This document shows positions 12,065 to 23,840 of a DNA stretch of 64,000 nt, piece by piece. The first letter of the stretch is position 1; each line of letters opens with the position of its first letter. Under the pieces are notes generated by a model. The model saw only the letters and a list, made by a program, of their open reading frames with translations, did no database searches and was not told the DNA's origin. The DNA comes from Camelus dromedarius (Eukaryota), in NCBI RefSeq assembly GCF_036321535.1, contig NC_087437.1:26662001-26726000 (forward strand), in the 5' to 3' direction. Both the position numbers and the translations under genes were made by a program.

Positions 12065-12587
12065 CTTCCTCTCTCTTCCTGAGGTAGCAGCCATCTCCTA
12101 TTTGGCATCACGGTTGTCCTCAGAACTCTCACGAAGCCCCTGATCACCAAAAATGGACCAAGAAGTTCATCTAGCACCAGTCAGACCAATACACCAACAT
12201 TAAGTGTAACTGGAAGAAACTCAGAGGTATTGCCAACAGGGGGCAGAAAAGATTCAAGGGCCAGATCATCATGCCCAATACTGGCTGTGGGAACCACAAG
12301 ACAAGGAAGTCAGGCTGCCCAAGAGCTTCTAAAAGTTCCTGGTCCACAATGTCACGGAGTTGGAAGCGCTACTGATGTGCAACAGATCTTAGTGCGCTGA
12401 GATTGCTCAAAAAACACCTCCTCCAAGAACCACAAAGCCTGAGGGCAAGAGCGGCCCGGCTGGCTGTCAGAGTCACCAGTCCCAGCGCCAGGCTGCACAG
12501 GGAAGCAAGTGGAACAGAAGCTTGTGAGCACCTTTATTTGTGGTGAATAAAACCAGGGAAACTCTGCTGTGTGACATTCTCCTCACT
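12065..12587 (+). pseudogene. RPL32P: Processed pseudogene of 60S ribosomal protein L32 (eL32)
   Basis: 5' pyrimidine tract (ctctcttcct); start codon mutated to ACG at 12110. Intronless translation [42 protein letters not shown]...[24 protein letters not shown]...RAARLAVRVTSPSARL matches RPL32 with stops and frameshifts. AATAAA at 12546-12551; candidate degenerate TSD 12041-12062 / 12588-12609. Confidence 0.95.
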
Positions 12588-12682
12588 TAAAGCAAAACCC
12601 AAGAAAATCTAGACAAAACGGAATGAAAATAATATTTGTAGGTGCTTCGTACGTGTGGCTCGTGACAGTCCTATGAGATGGT

Positions 12683-13052
12683 TGTGGTGGAAACCGTTAG
12701 TGTTCTACCAAATTTGTGTCCTTTGTAGCGTTTCCCAGCCCCGCCTTTGGAGTCAGGTTGGTCATAACAGCAGACCTCTGGCAACTGGAATATTGGCAGA
12801 CGTTATAGCCTCCTTCCAGCCTCCCATGTGATATCCCACGGTCCTTTTTTGCTCTCTCTTCTTCATCGATACAACAACAAGCGAAGGACTCCAAATTGTG
12901 CCCGATGAGAGGAGCCCAGATGTTCAGAGAGAGCTGCCCTGGAAAGCCATCCATCTGCACCCACTTGTGGAACAAGACAAGCTTTTACTGCATTAAATCA
13001 TTGAGGCTTTGGGCTGTTTGTGACAGCAAGATAGCCTGTCCTACCGGTTACA
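12683..13052 (+). mobile_element. MLT1 (I/J-like) MaLR LTR inserted into a minus-strand MIR
   Basis: tgtggtgg start; end with cattaaatcattgaggctttggg..tgtgacagca..taca; MIR pieces on both sides (cagtcctatgagatgg | cccattttacagacaaagtaactgag). Confidence 0.6.
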
Positions 13053-13334
13053 GGTTCATACTACCATTGTCCCATTTTACAGACAAAGTAACTGAGTTTC
13101 AGGGACATGACATAACTTTGCTGAAATGGAAGCACTACAGAGGGTAGAACTGGGATTCAAACTGAAGCATGTTAAGTTCTGAAGCCATAGACTGGAGAAC
13201 TGTACTCTTATAGACAGTCATACTCTTTATAGAGGGTTACACTTTTTTTCTCAGCTACCTGGTGGGAAGCTCACAATGCTTCCAACATATGCTGATTTTT
13301 AGAGTGATCATCAGGTGTGCCCATGAGCTCATGG

Positions 13335-13500
13335 GGGGTTATGTTAAAGCTTAAGGTACATAAAAATCGCTTGGGATGCTGTTTAAAAACTTGTTGGTAC
13401 CAAGACTCCATTCTCATTGATTCTGTTTCAGTAGCTCAGAGGAAGAGACATGGAATCTGCACTTTTAACAAGCACCTCAGAATAAACCTGGTGCCCCAGT
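13335..13500. mobile_element. MER5-like hAT element
   Basis: gattctgtttcagtag..ggaatctgcacttttaacaagcacctcag. Confidence 0.55.
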
Positions 13501-15699
13501 CGGGGTTTACGAGATACTTGACCTCAGTGGTAGGCACCATCCTCTGACTCCCCACCCTATGACCTCCTTTAATGTCTGGAGAAATTCCTCCTCCTTTTGG
13601 GTCAAGGTGTCAGAAGGCCCACCCACTACCTTGAAGCTTCACACTTTCCAGATCTCAGGCTCACCACCTGCACTCGACACCTCAGACACACCTGCCCCGG
13701 ACTTGGAAGCAAACTTAGCGAAGCAGAGAACTGAGAGGAAGCAGGTGAGAAGTGGAAAGGTTTTCAGATGAGTCTAGATACAGAGCCCCAAACCCAGTTC
13801 TCCTCCTTCCCTGCAATTCCTGTGAGCTTCCCACACCCCTTGTAATTAATGATATTGAGGCTTAAATCCACTGGAGGGAATGGCTCCCTGTTGCTTACTA
13901 TTAAGACCTCTAGCTCCCATGTCATTGTGTTCCTATAGAAACTGTAGCCAATAGAGGTACCATCTTAACCATCTAAAAGTAATTCCAAAGTAGCTGAAGT
14001 TTTTACTGCTTGAAACACAGTGAAGGCCATACCTGGTCTATAGCAAGAACTGGGAAAGCTACCTTTTCCTCTCCTTCCACTTGCTTCACACCTTGCGCAT
14101 CTGCGACCACTCCCCAACAACGGACTCCTTCCCCAGGACTCTAACGAGATTCCCTCATTCTACCTTCCCCTTTGCCTCTCAATTCCGAGATAGAAAAACT
14201 TCTGCAGAGCTCAGTGGCAAAGGCAGACATCTCTCAGAGAGCCCTACTGATGGATACTCAACAGGGAAAGGCAGCATCCTCTTTAATGAGCTTAGGAGAG
14301 GAAATCTGAAAATCCTTACGTGTTTATGCTTTTTTGTTGTTGCCACATATTCTAAAAGTGAGTGAGGCCCCCTCGCCCAACCTTTTGCAGCATCACAGTG
14401 CCCTAGAGCTGGAGGGAAATGCATTTTGCCCAGGGAAAAGCAGATAAGTCTGGTTGAGCTGCTTCTGAGAGTATAAGCAGGGAATTAGAATACACCACAA
14501 ACAAAACCTTGCACTCTAGAAAACCATTAATGTGTACAAACTGCAGGACAATACTCACTGGCACAAGAAACATCATTTTCTTTCTTTTTCTTTAACTGGA
14601 TTCATATTTTAGCTATCTGCCTGTCTGGTGGCAGAAACTTAATCTCAGTCAATTCAGGGTTCCCCTTTCTCTCTGAGATTGAGTCTAAGTTCCAGGAGGC
14701 TTGTGCTATGTCACAGCTTTGAGAAGGGACATTGGACTCTTGGGAACCATGGACTAGGCTGGCATCTGCTTAGATGGACAGTGTCCCCTTCCCCTTGGTC
14801 CACACGTGTGCTGTTAACTCATCTCCCTTGCTGCCCTGTGGGCCTCTCCAAGTGTGGCTCTTTTTGCTTCTCCCAGCCCACCTTAGGGTCAACTTTTTGG
14901 AGCATCTCCCTTTTCTGATTGGGAGCATGAAGGAGTACTCTGAGGCTGCTGCAGGCCCATCGACCCAGACACCCCACATAACCATTTCCATTCATTGCCA
15001 CTGCTGCTTGCCCAGTGCAGGATAAATGGGGGTGGCTTATTACCCCCTCAGGTTTCCACTGGGAAATAAGAACAGACATGTCTGTGGATCCCTCAAACCT
15101 TTCTGGGGTTTCTATCATTCCCCTGACCTCCACCCAGAGGACACAGCCCGGGGAGGGCAAGGTGCCAGGTCCCTCTTTGGGTCCCGCTTTTTTTCACACT
15201 TTCCTTTCAGTCCTCTTCTCCCACCCACCCAAGGAATTTTGTAAAGCTGGTTTTGAGGGTGGGAAAAACTGGCTGAGTCATTACGTATTCTTTGGAATCT
15301 TTTGTCCTATGCCCTGTGCTCTTTCTGGTCCCTGCTGTGGGTTAGTCTTTTAAAACTACAAAGGCTTCTTTCCTTCTCTGCTGGGCCGTTCCTACCCCGA
15401 GGCAAAGAGCATTGAGCTTGAGTGGGAGGAAGGGCCATGGGAAAACCCAGGGGCCCGGGTTGGGGCCCAGTGGCTAATATCTTAAAATATTATTCCACCA
15501 CAGGGGTCTGATATGTAATGTTTGCTGAAGGCTTTTTTCAGAAAGCTTTTTATGAGTTTCTAAGAACATCACGCTCCTGTTGTCTCCCGCATCGGACGGT
15601 GATTAGATTATAAGGCACTGAGTTCAGATGGTCAGTACAATTAATTCCTTTGATCATGTCCATTTAAATAGCTGAGATTGTTTTCTCTCTGTGTTCTAT

Positions 15700-16085
15700 A
15701 CAAGTGTTACTTTTGTGTACATTTGAGATTAATTGCTATTAACTGAACTACACCCTTTTCCTCTTCACATAAATGAAATCCTGTAGTGTGTAGTATTTTG
15801 GGGTCTGGATTCTTTTGCTCACCTCAATGTTTGTGAGATTCACTCTTGTTGTTTTATGTGCTTTTAAAAATTACTATATAATATTCCACCGTATGAAGGG
15901 CTCCTGTCTCTATTTCCTGTATTTTTTTTTCTTTTTTTCTTTGCTTTTCTTTTTCTAGTTTCTTGGGATGGAAGCTTAGACCATTAATTGTCAAACTTCT
16001 TTAAAACTAAAAATTTCCCTCTAGGCACTACTTTAGCTGTGTCTCACAAATTTTAGTGTATCATATTGTTATTTCTTTGATTAAA
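15700..16085 (-). mobile_element. Old L1 fragments
   Basis: ttttgctcacctcaatgtttgtgagattcac and aatttccctctaggcactactttagctgtgtctcacaaatttt. Confidence 0.65.
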
Positions 16086-16159
16086 AATAAATTCGTATTT
16101 TTTGCAAGCACATGGAAACCCATGTACAAAAGTATATGCAGTGAAAATTTTCCATCCGT

Positions 16160-16640
16160 ATCACTTGGAATCTGGCAAGAAACAAAAATTTCCCCAACCT
16201 AAATGGTTTATATGAAGGTAGTTTAGTAAGAAATTATTACAAAAGTGTCAGTAGGACGGAGGGATCAAACAAGGAAGGTGAAAGCATTGTTGATCATCAT
16301 CAACAGGATGTCAGTATCACCTTTAGGCCCGAAGGAGCAAAGTGAGGAAACAGTGTTCACAGAAGCTGGTAAAAGCTAGAACTGTGGAGGCAGGGCCCCC
16401 TGTGGGTACCATAGTTGTAGGGGGGTGAGGATACTGCCAGAACTGTTCCACCAAGCAAACAGGGAGTGGGGTGAGAAATCTCCTGGCCACCCTCCTCCTC
16501 TGCTTCCATGTTCTCCTGTTGATTCTTTCAGCTGAATCCAAGCCAGTCTTTAGGTGGTGATCTCCAGGACAGAGAACAGGTCAAAGAAGGATGGAGAATG
16601 AGGAGCTGCGGGGAAATGACTGGAGAATAACAAACACGGG
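16160..16640 (-). mobile_element. Old MaLR (MLT1-like) LTR
   Basis: ggcaagaaacaaaaatt..gaaggtagtttagtaagaaattattacaaaagtgt..gctgaatccaagccag. Confidence 0.45.
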
Positions 16641-17579
16641 AGATGTTCAGGGGATAAAGGATGGAGGAGAAGCTATGACATAACTCTGCCTTGAATTACT
16701 AGGGTTGTTGCGTAATGGACACTTGTAAGGAAAGGCACTCTGGTAATTGAGGAAATCAAGAATCAAACAATCCTTGACTGCATTCCAAAGAAAAGCAGGA
16801 TTTGGAGGATCACAGAAGATACTGCCAAGACAGTGTGTTATACACTTTTAAACACCATCCCCAGCGTGGAGTATGTACCATGGTGGTACACAAAATAGCA
16901 CAAGGAGGCAATATTATAGAATGCTGAATCACATACTGAGAAATTAATTTTCTTTTTAATTACCTCCTCAGTCCTTCTGAGTAAATCAAGAAGAAAGTTT
17001 CCACTTGAATGTTTTAACAACTCTCTAATAAGGACAGGCCCAAGTTCAGAGCTTCTGTCAAGGAACAGGATCAAGGTAGACGTTAATAACACGGTTTGGT
17101 TTTCATGGCTCTTATTTTTGAAGTTACTGTGAGTGTATGGCAAATAATATTGAGTTTCCATATTTGGAAATAATATAAGGTTTCTTTTGAAGATCTATAT
17201 ATTCAGGTAAAAACCAAGTCAGTTTAAAGAAAAACAATAAGTAAATAAGAGCACAGGAGATAATCAGCTGTGGCCAGCATAGTGAAAGGATACTCAAAAG
17301 GCTAGGTTTGGGAGACACAGCTCAACATTATTGCGAGGTGTTTATTATTATCTACCAAAAACCTTCTGTTCCAATTTATAGTGTTCCAGAATCTTCTCTT
17401 TCTTAGGTACAGAAACCATTGTTGGGGAGATGAACCTTTACTTGTTTTAAGATTGTCTTTTTCCTTGTGTATTTCTTCAAGTGCAGAGCTCACAGTTTAA
17501 ACCAATGTTCAGGGCTCTTTAAATTTTTTGTAGTTTTAGGTTTTGTTTTATTTCAGGACTTTCAATAATAGACAAATTG

Positions 17580-17622
17580 TTCTCTTTTCTTTTCCTTTCT
17601 TTTTTCTTCTTTTTCTTTTTCT
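17580..17622. repeat. Pyrimidine-only (T/C) low-complexity tract
   Basis: ttctcttttcttttcctttcttttttcttctttttctttttct. Confidence 0.85.
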
Positions 17623-19527
17623 GGAAAAAATACATCCTCCCTCTCTGTTCACATCAATGATGCTTAAAACAAAAACAAAATCCTTATGTTTCCTTCTTGG
17701 TGTTCTTGCCTAAATGTGAAAATCGGCATGGTTTACCTGGCGTGGGCAACTGGGACCATTAAGATATTACTGGTTTTTACCGAATCTATCTTTTCTGTTT
17801 TGTTTTTGTTTTTGAAAAAGGATGAGGGTATTTGGCAGTTGCGGTTCTTAGATATAATAGCCCCAAGTGGGATGCCAAAAAAAGCTTTATTTGGTTCCCC
17901 CTTTGTACATGCTGGTCGCCAGACAAATTATCTTAGTAAGTGGCAGGCAAGGTAAACTCACTTTTAAAGATAACCCTGAATAGACGGAGAAGTGTGGAAT
18001 AAAGCAAATATAATACGATCTTAATGATAGAATCTAGGTGGTGGGAATGTGGGCTCATGGTAAATTTCTTTCAACTAATACATATGATTGAAAAATTTCA
18101 TAACAAGATACTGCGGAAAACATCTTTAAAAGACCCATTTACTGTTTTCCACGGGAAGTCTGTAGGAAATAGGACCTTCCAGGTCTGTGTGCAATTGCTG
18201 TGGTCTGTTTGGGCCCCTCAACAGTGTCCAGCACATCATGGAGGTTCATTAAGTGCTCCCTGGGCCGCACATTTGCAAAGGCCGGTTTGGAGGCTATAAA
18301 ACTCTTACTTTCACAGCTGCATTGACCCCAGCACTGAGCTGTGAGACTGACGGGGCAGATGTCATCACCACTGTTAGTCACGTCTTATAAATAAGGAAAC
18401 TAAGGCTCGGAACTAAGTAACTGTTGATGCTGGGAGCTCAGCCAGGCCTTCTAAAAATACCCAGTCCTTTGCTGTCTATTCTCTGCCTCTTTATTCCCAG
18501 GCAGAATTCCCACCCCCTTTTTCTTCCAGGTGCTGCTCCAGGTTATCAGGGAGACAAAAGAGATCTGATAAAGAAACTCAGGGAATCTGGTTAGCTAAGG
18601 TGTTGATGATTCTAAAGTGTTAAATGTGCTTCTCCTCCCAAGGGTGTTTATATATTAAAGAGAAAAAGAGCCATAGCTAGTGTTTAACTGTGTGACTCAG
18701 TCACAGTTGATGGAGACTGAGTCCGGGAAGGGCCCGGAGCAGAGGGTTGAGAAAGCCCAGCTGGCCAGTTGCAAATGACACCCTACAAGTAACAAGCTTC
18801 TCCATCCACACAGAAAGCCAGCTTTGGAAAAAACAAATCCATCAGCTAGGACTTTTCATATTGTGGTGGAACAATTAAACTGCAAACACATATTGGTGAT
18901 TCTTTTTACATCTAAAATTTTCTGTTTGTGACAGAAAATTCATCTTTAAGTTAAGGGCATCGATATCTATCTAAACCTGACACAGATTCCCGTGTCTCAT
19001 TTAGCAGCAAATAGTAACTGTCAGCTCTTTGTGAACAGATACAGAGAAGTAGGTGCCCATTTTTATTAAGTGAAAGAAAGCTGTTTCCTGAAAGCGAAGT
19101 TTGTGAAACACTATTGCTGGTTTGGCTTTGCAGATGTCCATGGGCTCTAGGTGTGAAAAACAGGAAGTGCCAATTCACCTGTACTCCCATAACTATTTTA
19201 ACCCAACTCTCGCCGGCTTGTTGTCACACTGCCAACACTGCGCAGGGTGCGCTCGCAGCATCAGATGGAATGCGCATTCAGTCAGGTTTGGTCTGGAAAT
19301 TTTTCTGAGGTTTCACAACCTATGAAAAACCCCAATATATCAGCACACTCAGAAATCTGGGGTGAGATTGCTTTAAATATAGACATTATTACCAAGACCT
19401 GAGAGCGGACATAATGAAGTGTAGGTTTTCCAACGGAGGGAAGAGGCAGCGCAGCCCCCTTGTAGGGCAGAGGACTACCTGGACGGGGGCTTTCTTAAGA
19501 CGTGCTCCCCATCTCTCCACTCCTACA

Positions 19528-19735
19528 GTATTTTTATCAACTTTATGGAGATATAATTCACATATGATAAAATTCACCCATTTATAGTGTACAATTCAGT
19601 GGTTTTTTAGTATATTCACCGAGTTGCTCAGTCATCATTACAATCTAATTTTGGAACATTTTTATCACCCCCAAAAGAACCCCTGTACCCAGTGGTACTC
19701 ACTCCTCATTCTTCCTCTCAGCGCCTGGCAACCTA
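19528..19735 (-). mobile_element. L1MB/MC-like 3' terminal fragment
   Basis: ctttatggagatataattcacatatgataaaattcaccca..tttggaacatttttatcacccccaaaagaacccctgtaccc. Confidence 0.8.
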
Positions 19736-20749
19736 TTAACTAAAACTGAATAGCCTGGGACCTCTGGGGACTTTTTTTCAGCTCTTAAAGTAACACCAGA
19801 AATCATCTTTGTTATTTATATCCTATATCTGGTGTTGTGCTGAAAATAATAGAAGAATTGAGATAAGGGTAGGGAAAAATATGAAAAAACTAGCAAGCAG
19901 GGGTTTGTGTACCAAACCTGCCATATTGGACAGTATAGTTTGCTAGAAACAGGTTGCAAATTTGGTTCTGAGCTTCCTAGCAGCCAGTGAGAAAGGGGAA
20001 AATACTGTGCATTACATGTACACAGATAAAAACCAATCAGTTACTCAGAGTTGCCTGGCCATTTGGTGCTGGCGCATAAGAGAATTTTCTTCTTCAGTCC
20101 TCAAATTTCCAGGTAAAAGCAGAGAGACCCAAACAAACACATGAATCCTCAGTGAGTTGCAATACCCTAATATTAGCATCTTGGATCAACAGAGGAATAA
20201 ACCAAACAGAGTATCTCAGGTCGAGCCTGGAACTGGGATCCACAGTAACACACCCACAGAATGTTAACTAAGACCTGAAAGGTTTATTGCATAGATAAAT
20301 TGTGCAGGTGGCCACAGGGATTGAGCCAGGCTAAAGAACTTTTTCTCCTTTCCTTTTTTTTACTCCCTCAACTATTATCCTACTATAGAAAAATTTAAGG
20401 AGTCTTATCTTGGATTCAGACAATTGTGTCAAAAGATTTATTCTCTCTTACCTAACAGAGAAAACTGCTTTGCTTCCTTAGCTCAAATCTTCCAAGAACA
20501 TTGGGAGTGACAGGGACCTTGGAGATCATACATTTCACCAAGCCAGAAAACCCTGGAAATTGGCTGCTTCCATGGGACAGTCACTGCACACTTTGCCAGT
20601 GGAAAAGTGCTGATGTCACCCTGATGTTAATAGTTGGCTGCCAAGTGGTTATGATGTAAGGAGGCAGGCTAGCTGTAAGTGTGTGGGAAGGTGGAAGGGG
20701 GGGGGGGCAAGGTGATTTAAATGTAAGTATAACAAAAAGAGTGCCAGGC

Positions 20750-21200
20750 TGGTATTAGCTGTGTGACTTTGGGCATGTCTATAATCTCCCTGGATGCTCC
20801 TTACCTGTAATAAATCATCAAAGCAGTTAATACTTACCAGGTCCTTAGTAGTCTATGCGAACTATTCATGTTACATTTTCACAGCAATCTTTAAGATGGA
20901 TCCTGGCATTTCCTCCATTTTACAGATGAGAAAACTGAGGCACAGAGAGGGTTACTTGCTCAAGGTCACTCAACTGAACCCAGACAGTCTGACTCCAGAG
21001 TCTGAGCTCTGTCAATGGAGAGGGTCAGATTAGACGAATGCTAAAGACTTCCCACCTCTGTGATTAATTTTCTCTCTTGTTAAACTGGGATAATCATAGA
21101 GTTGCGAAGGGTGTAACACAGATCTAGTGCTTAGCTGGATCACAGTGGCTGGATCACAAGTCCTTAGTAAATGTCCGCTATTACTCGTGTTCATACTTTC
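20750..21200. mobile_element. Cluster of MIR fragments in both orientations
   Basis: agctgtgtgactttgggca (plus) and ccattttacagatgagaaaactgaggcacagagagg (minus). Confidence 0.7.
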
Positions 21201-21379
21201 ACTATTACCGTTGACATTTTATGGAACAAATCACTTCTGTTATCTCTTCAACAGCTGCCTGAGTGCACAGTTAGCCCAACTGAACCTATTAACAAATTCA
21301 AACAACGGGTCAATTCAGTCATAAAATCAAGCAAGCTGGAACTGATGCCTAAGTGAGTTGCCTAGTTAAATAGTCTTAG

Positions 21380-21593
21380 CAGTGCTATCCCACAGAACTT
21401 TCTGTGATGATGGAAACGCTCTGTATCTGTGCTGCCCAGTGTGGTAGCCACTGGCAACTTGTGCCACTGAGCACTGGAAATGTGGTTAGTGTTGACTGAG
21501 GGACTATTTCATTTTATTTAACTTTACTTACTTTAAATTTTTACTTAATAGCTGCCTGTGGCTGGCTAGTGGCTACCATGTTGGACAGCTTAG
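21380..21593. mobile_element. MER3 hAT-Charlie MITE
   Basis: cagtgct..agaactttctgtgatgatggaaa..gtggtagccact..gctagtggctaccatgttggacag. Confidence 0.85.
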
Positions 21594-23039
21594 GCTAAGG
21601 CCCATCTGGTAGCCAAGAACCTTCGGTGAGAAAACATTAAAGTGCCAGGCACAAGAAAGGAAGTCAGAAGCCCCTCCTGCCGCAACTCTGCTTTGTTACA
21701 GGTGCCTTAAACAATGTGGATATTACAATGCTTGGGCTTTAGAGGGTTTCCCTCATCTAGTAAATGCGGATATCCATTTTAGGGGTGGGGACAAGGTAGT
21801 GGGAGAGAAGAAGACAATTCTGCTTTCCTCACTGGGATGCCCCCAATTGATTCTGGGTGGAACTGGGTTCCTCATTGTTATTAAAAATTATTTGGCAGTG
21901 GGATGTGGAGAGTGTACACCTATGCTACGGGACAGCACCATGACAGTCTGTCTTTCAAAGGCTCTGCTCTACTACGTGCAGAAACTAAAAAGTGATTTTA
22001 AGTCATGGCTTGTCTGCTTAATTAGGAAAAAGATGATCAAAATCAATGATCAAAGAATCATACACTTGGAGGGGGCTGTCTTGTAAGTGTGTTCATTACA
22101 AGTTGGCATCTTAGGGAAACCACACGCACATCCCCAGGACACAAGTGTGACACTGTGCCTTGCCTTTTGGACTGACTGGCAGTGACTGGGTCAGGAGAGG
22201 AGACGCAGTCAGCCAGGTGGTACTAACATTGCCCTCAGCTCTCACTCTGGCCCTTGGAAGATCCTGCCCTTTTTTTTTTTAAATAAAAGAATTCCCTGAT
22301 GATATAAGGATATCAGCGAGCTTATTTTGATCTAAGTATGTAAACACGTGGCTGCTTCCCTGGTACAGATTACTGGGCCTTGTATCACGTACTGGTTCTA
22401 AACATTTTGAGTAGAAGCCCCTCCACCTCCGCTCACTCCCCCCTCCACCAGTATTGGTTGGATGAATAATTCAACAGCTGCCAAAATTTGCAAAAAGCAA
22501 AACTGAAATCTAATGAGGCTTGCTTGTGTTAAATCATCTTTTAAATGATAGTAATTAAGAGAGTTTTCATATAGGAAAGCTTTGTTTGAAGCGAAACGTT
22601 AAAAGCCATCAATAGAAACACCAGGGTCTTGTGCACGAAGGGTTCTCTTTTTGCTGCCCAGCAGCCACTCCGGCCAGTGTTGGGGCAGTGAATGCCAACC
22701 CAGTGGCCTGCCCTGGCGTCTGCCTGACTCCACCACTGTCCCGTGGAGTCCACCTCGGAGAGTGCCTTGCGCCAGGGCTGCGGCCTCTCAGGCTGTCTGC
22801 AAACAGACACCAGGCCATCTGTCCTCTCGCCTTCCACCCAAACACAGCTGCTGGGCTCCATCCCAGCTCCAGCCATCTGGAGGAGGAACAAAGGCCCCCT
22901 CTCCTCACCCTCTCCCTGGCTGCCGAGGGAGTCTTGGCACCCTCTTGGCCTCAGTAAGGAAAGGAAAATGGAAGAGCAGTGAGATCCCCTCCTAGTGGCA
23001 GGCAGCTCCTCCTCCTGCTTCCAGGGGTCGATGAAACCC

Positions 23040-23640
23040 TTCATTCATGCCCCAGACGTGTGCTGAGTTCTTGCAAGTATCAAGCCCAGGACTAGCCTCC
23101 GGGGCCTGGAGCATGAGACCCAGCTCCGGGCCTCTAGGAGCTCACACTCTGGTGAGGCTGACGGACGAGTGTACAGCCGAGTGCAAGTGCACGTGCCTGG
23201 AAGTGAAGGGCTGGGGGAGCCAGCAGAGGGACGCTTGACCCAGACAGAGGGGTCAGAGAAATCTTCTCACAGGAAGTGACGTCAGGCCTGGCGTCTGAAA
23301 ATGAGTCTGCACCGGGCACCAGCAAATCAGAATGGGGCGGGCCCAAGTGAGAAAGTATGGAGCCCTGTGTGGTGGGAAGAGGGAAGTGATGAAGGGAGAG
23401 GCTGGACAGGGAGAGCCAGATTCTAGTGGTCCCCGACGCCCATCAGAAGACTAGCAGTAGGCAGGCAGTGAAGGGCTCTGAGCGTGCGAGGGTCACAGTC
23501 AGATTCGTGATTTGTGCTTTGAGAAGATTCTTTGGATGGTGGAGAAGAGGAGAGATCCGAGGGAGCGAGACTCCTTTAGAGCTGTCATAGTCATCCAGAG
23601 GAGAGATAATGGGGGCCGAATGAAGTGATGGAGGAGATGA
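23040..23640 (-). mobile_element. L2 fragment
   Basis: ttcattca start, ggagctcacactctggtgagg, tttgagaagattctttgg..gtcatccagaggagagataatgg. Confidence 0.6.
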
Positions 23641-23821
23641 AGAAATTAATTAATTAATAAGAATGATAAGCTCCGAATCCTCCAAAGCAGTTCCCAAACA
23701 ATTTTGAAATTCATCGTAAACTCTGCAAAGGAGGAACTCCAGACTGCTCTTCAGTGTGTCTGGACATCTTCTCGGACAGGAAAGCGCCTGACCGTACAGG
23801 GGTAGCGACTGTCTCCGGCCC

Positions 23822-23840
23822 GAGCGCCGCCTGGCAGCCA
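23822..23840 (-). promoter_or_regulatory. Putative CTCF site within a small CpG-rich patch
   Basis: Minus strand TGGCTGCCAGGCGGCGCTC vs consensus TGGCCACCAGGGGGCGCTA; CpG cluster ~23770-23870. Confidence 0.45.

Noticed and set aside
19188..19205. MEF2 site (ctattttaac)
   Set aside because: Does not fit the YTA(W)4TAR consensus on either strand
20684..20712. G-run / potential G-quadruplex (also poly-G at 61469-61483)
   Set aside because: Simple homopolymer runs, prone to assembly error, with no supporting functional context
22541..23044. 167-aa minus-strand ORF and overlapping frames
   Set aside because: GC-rich patch with ORFs in several frames and no homology I recognise
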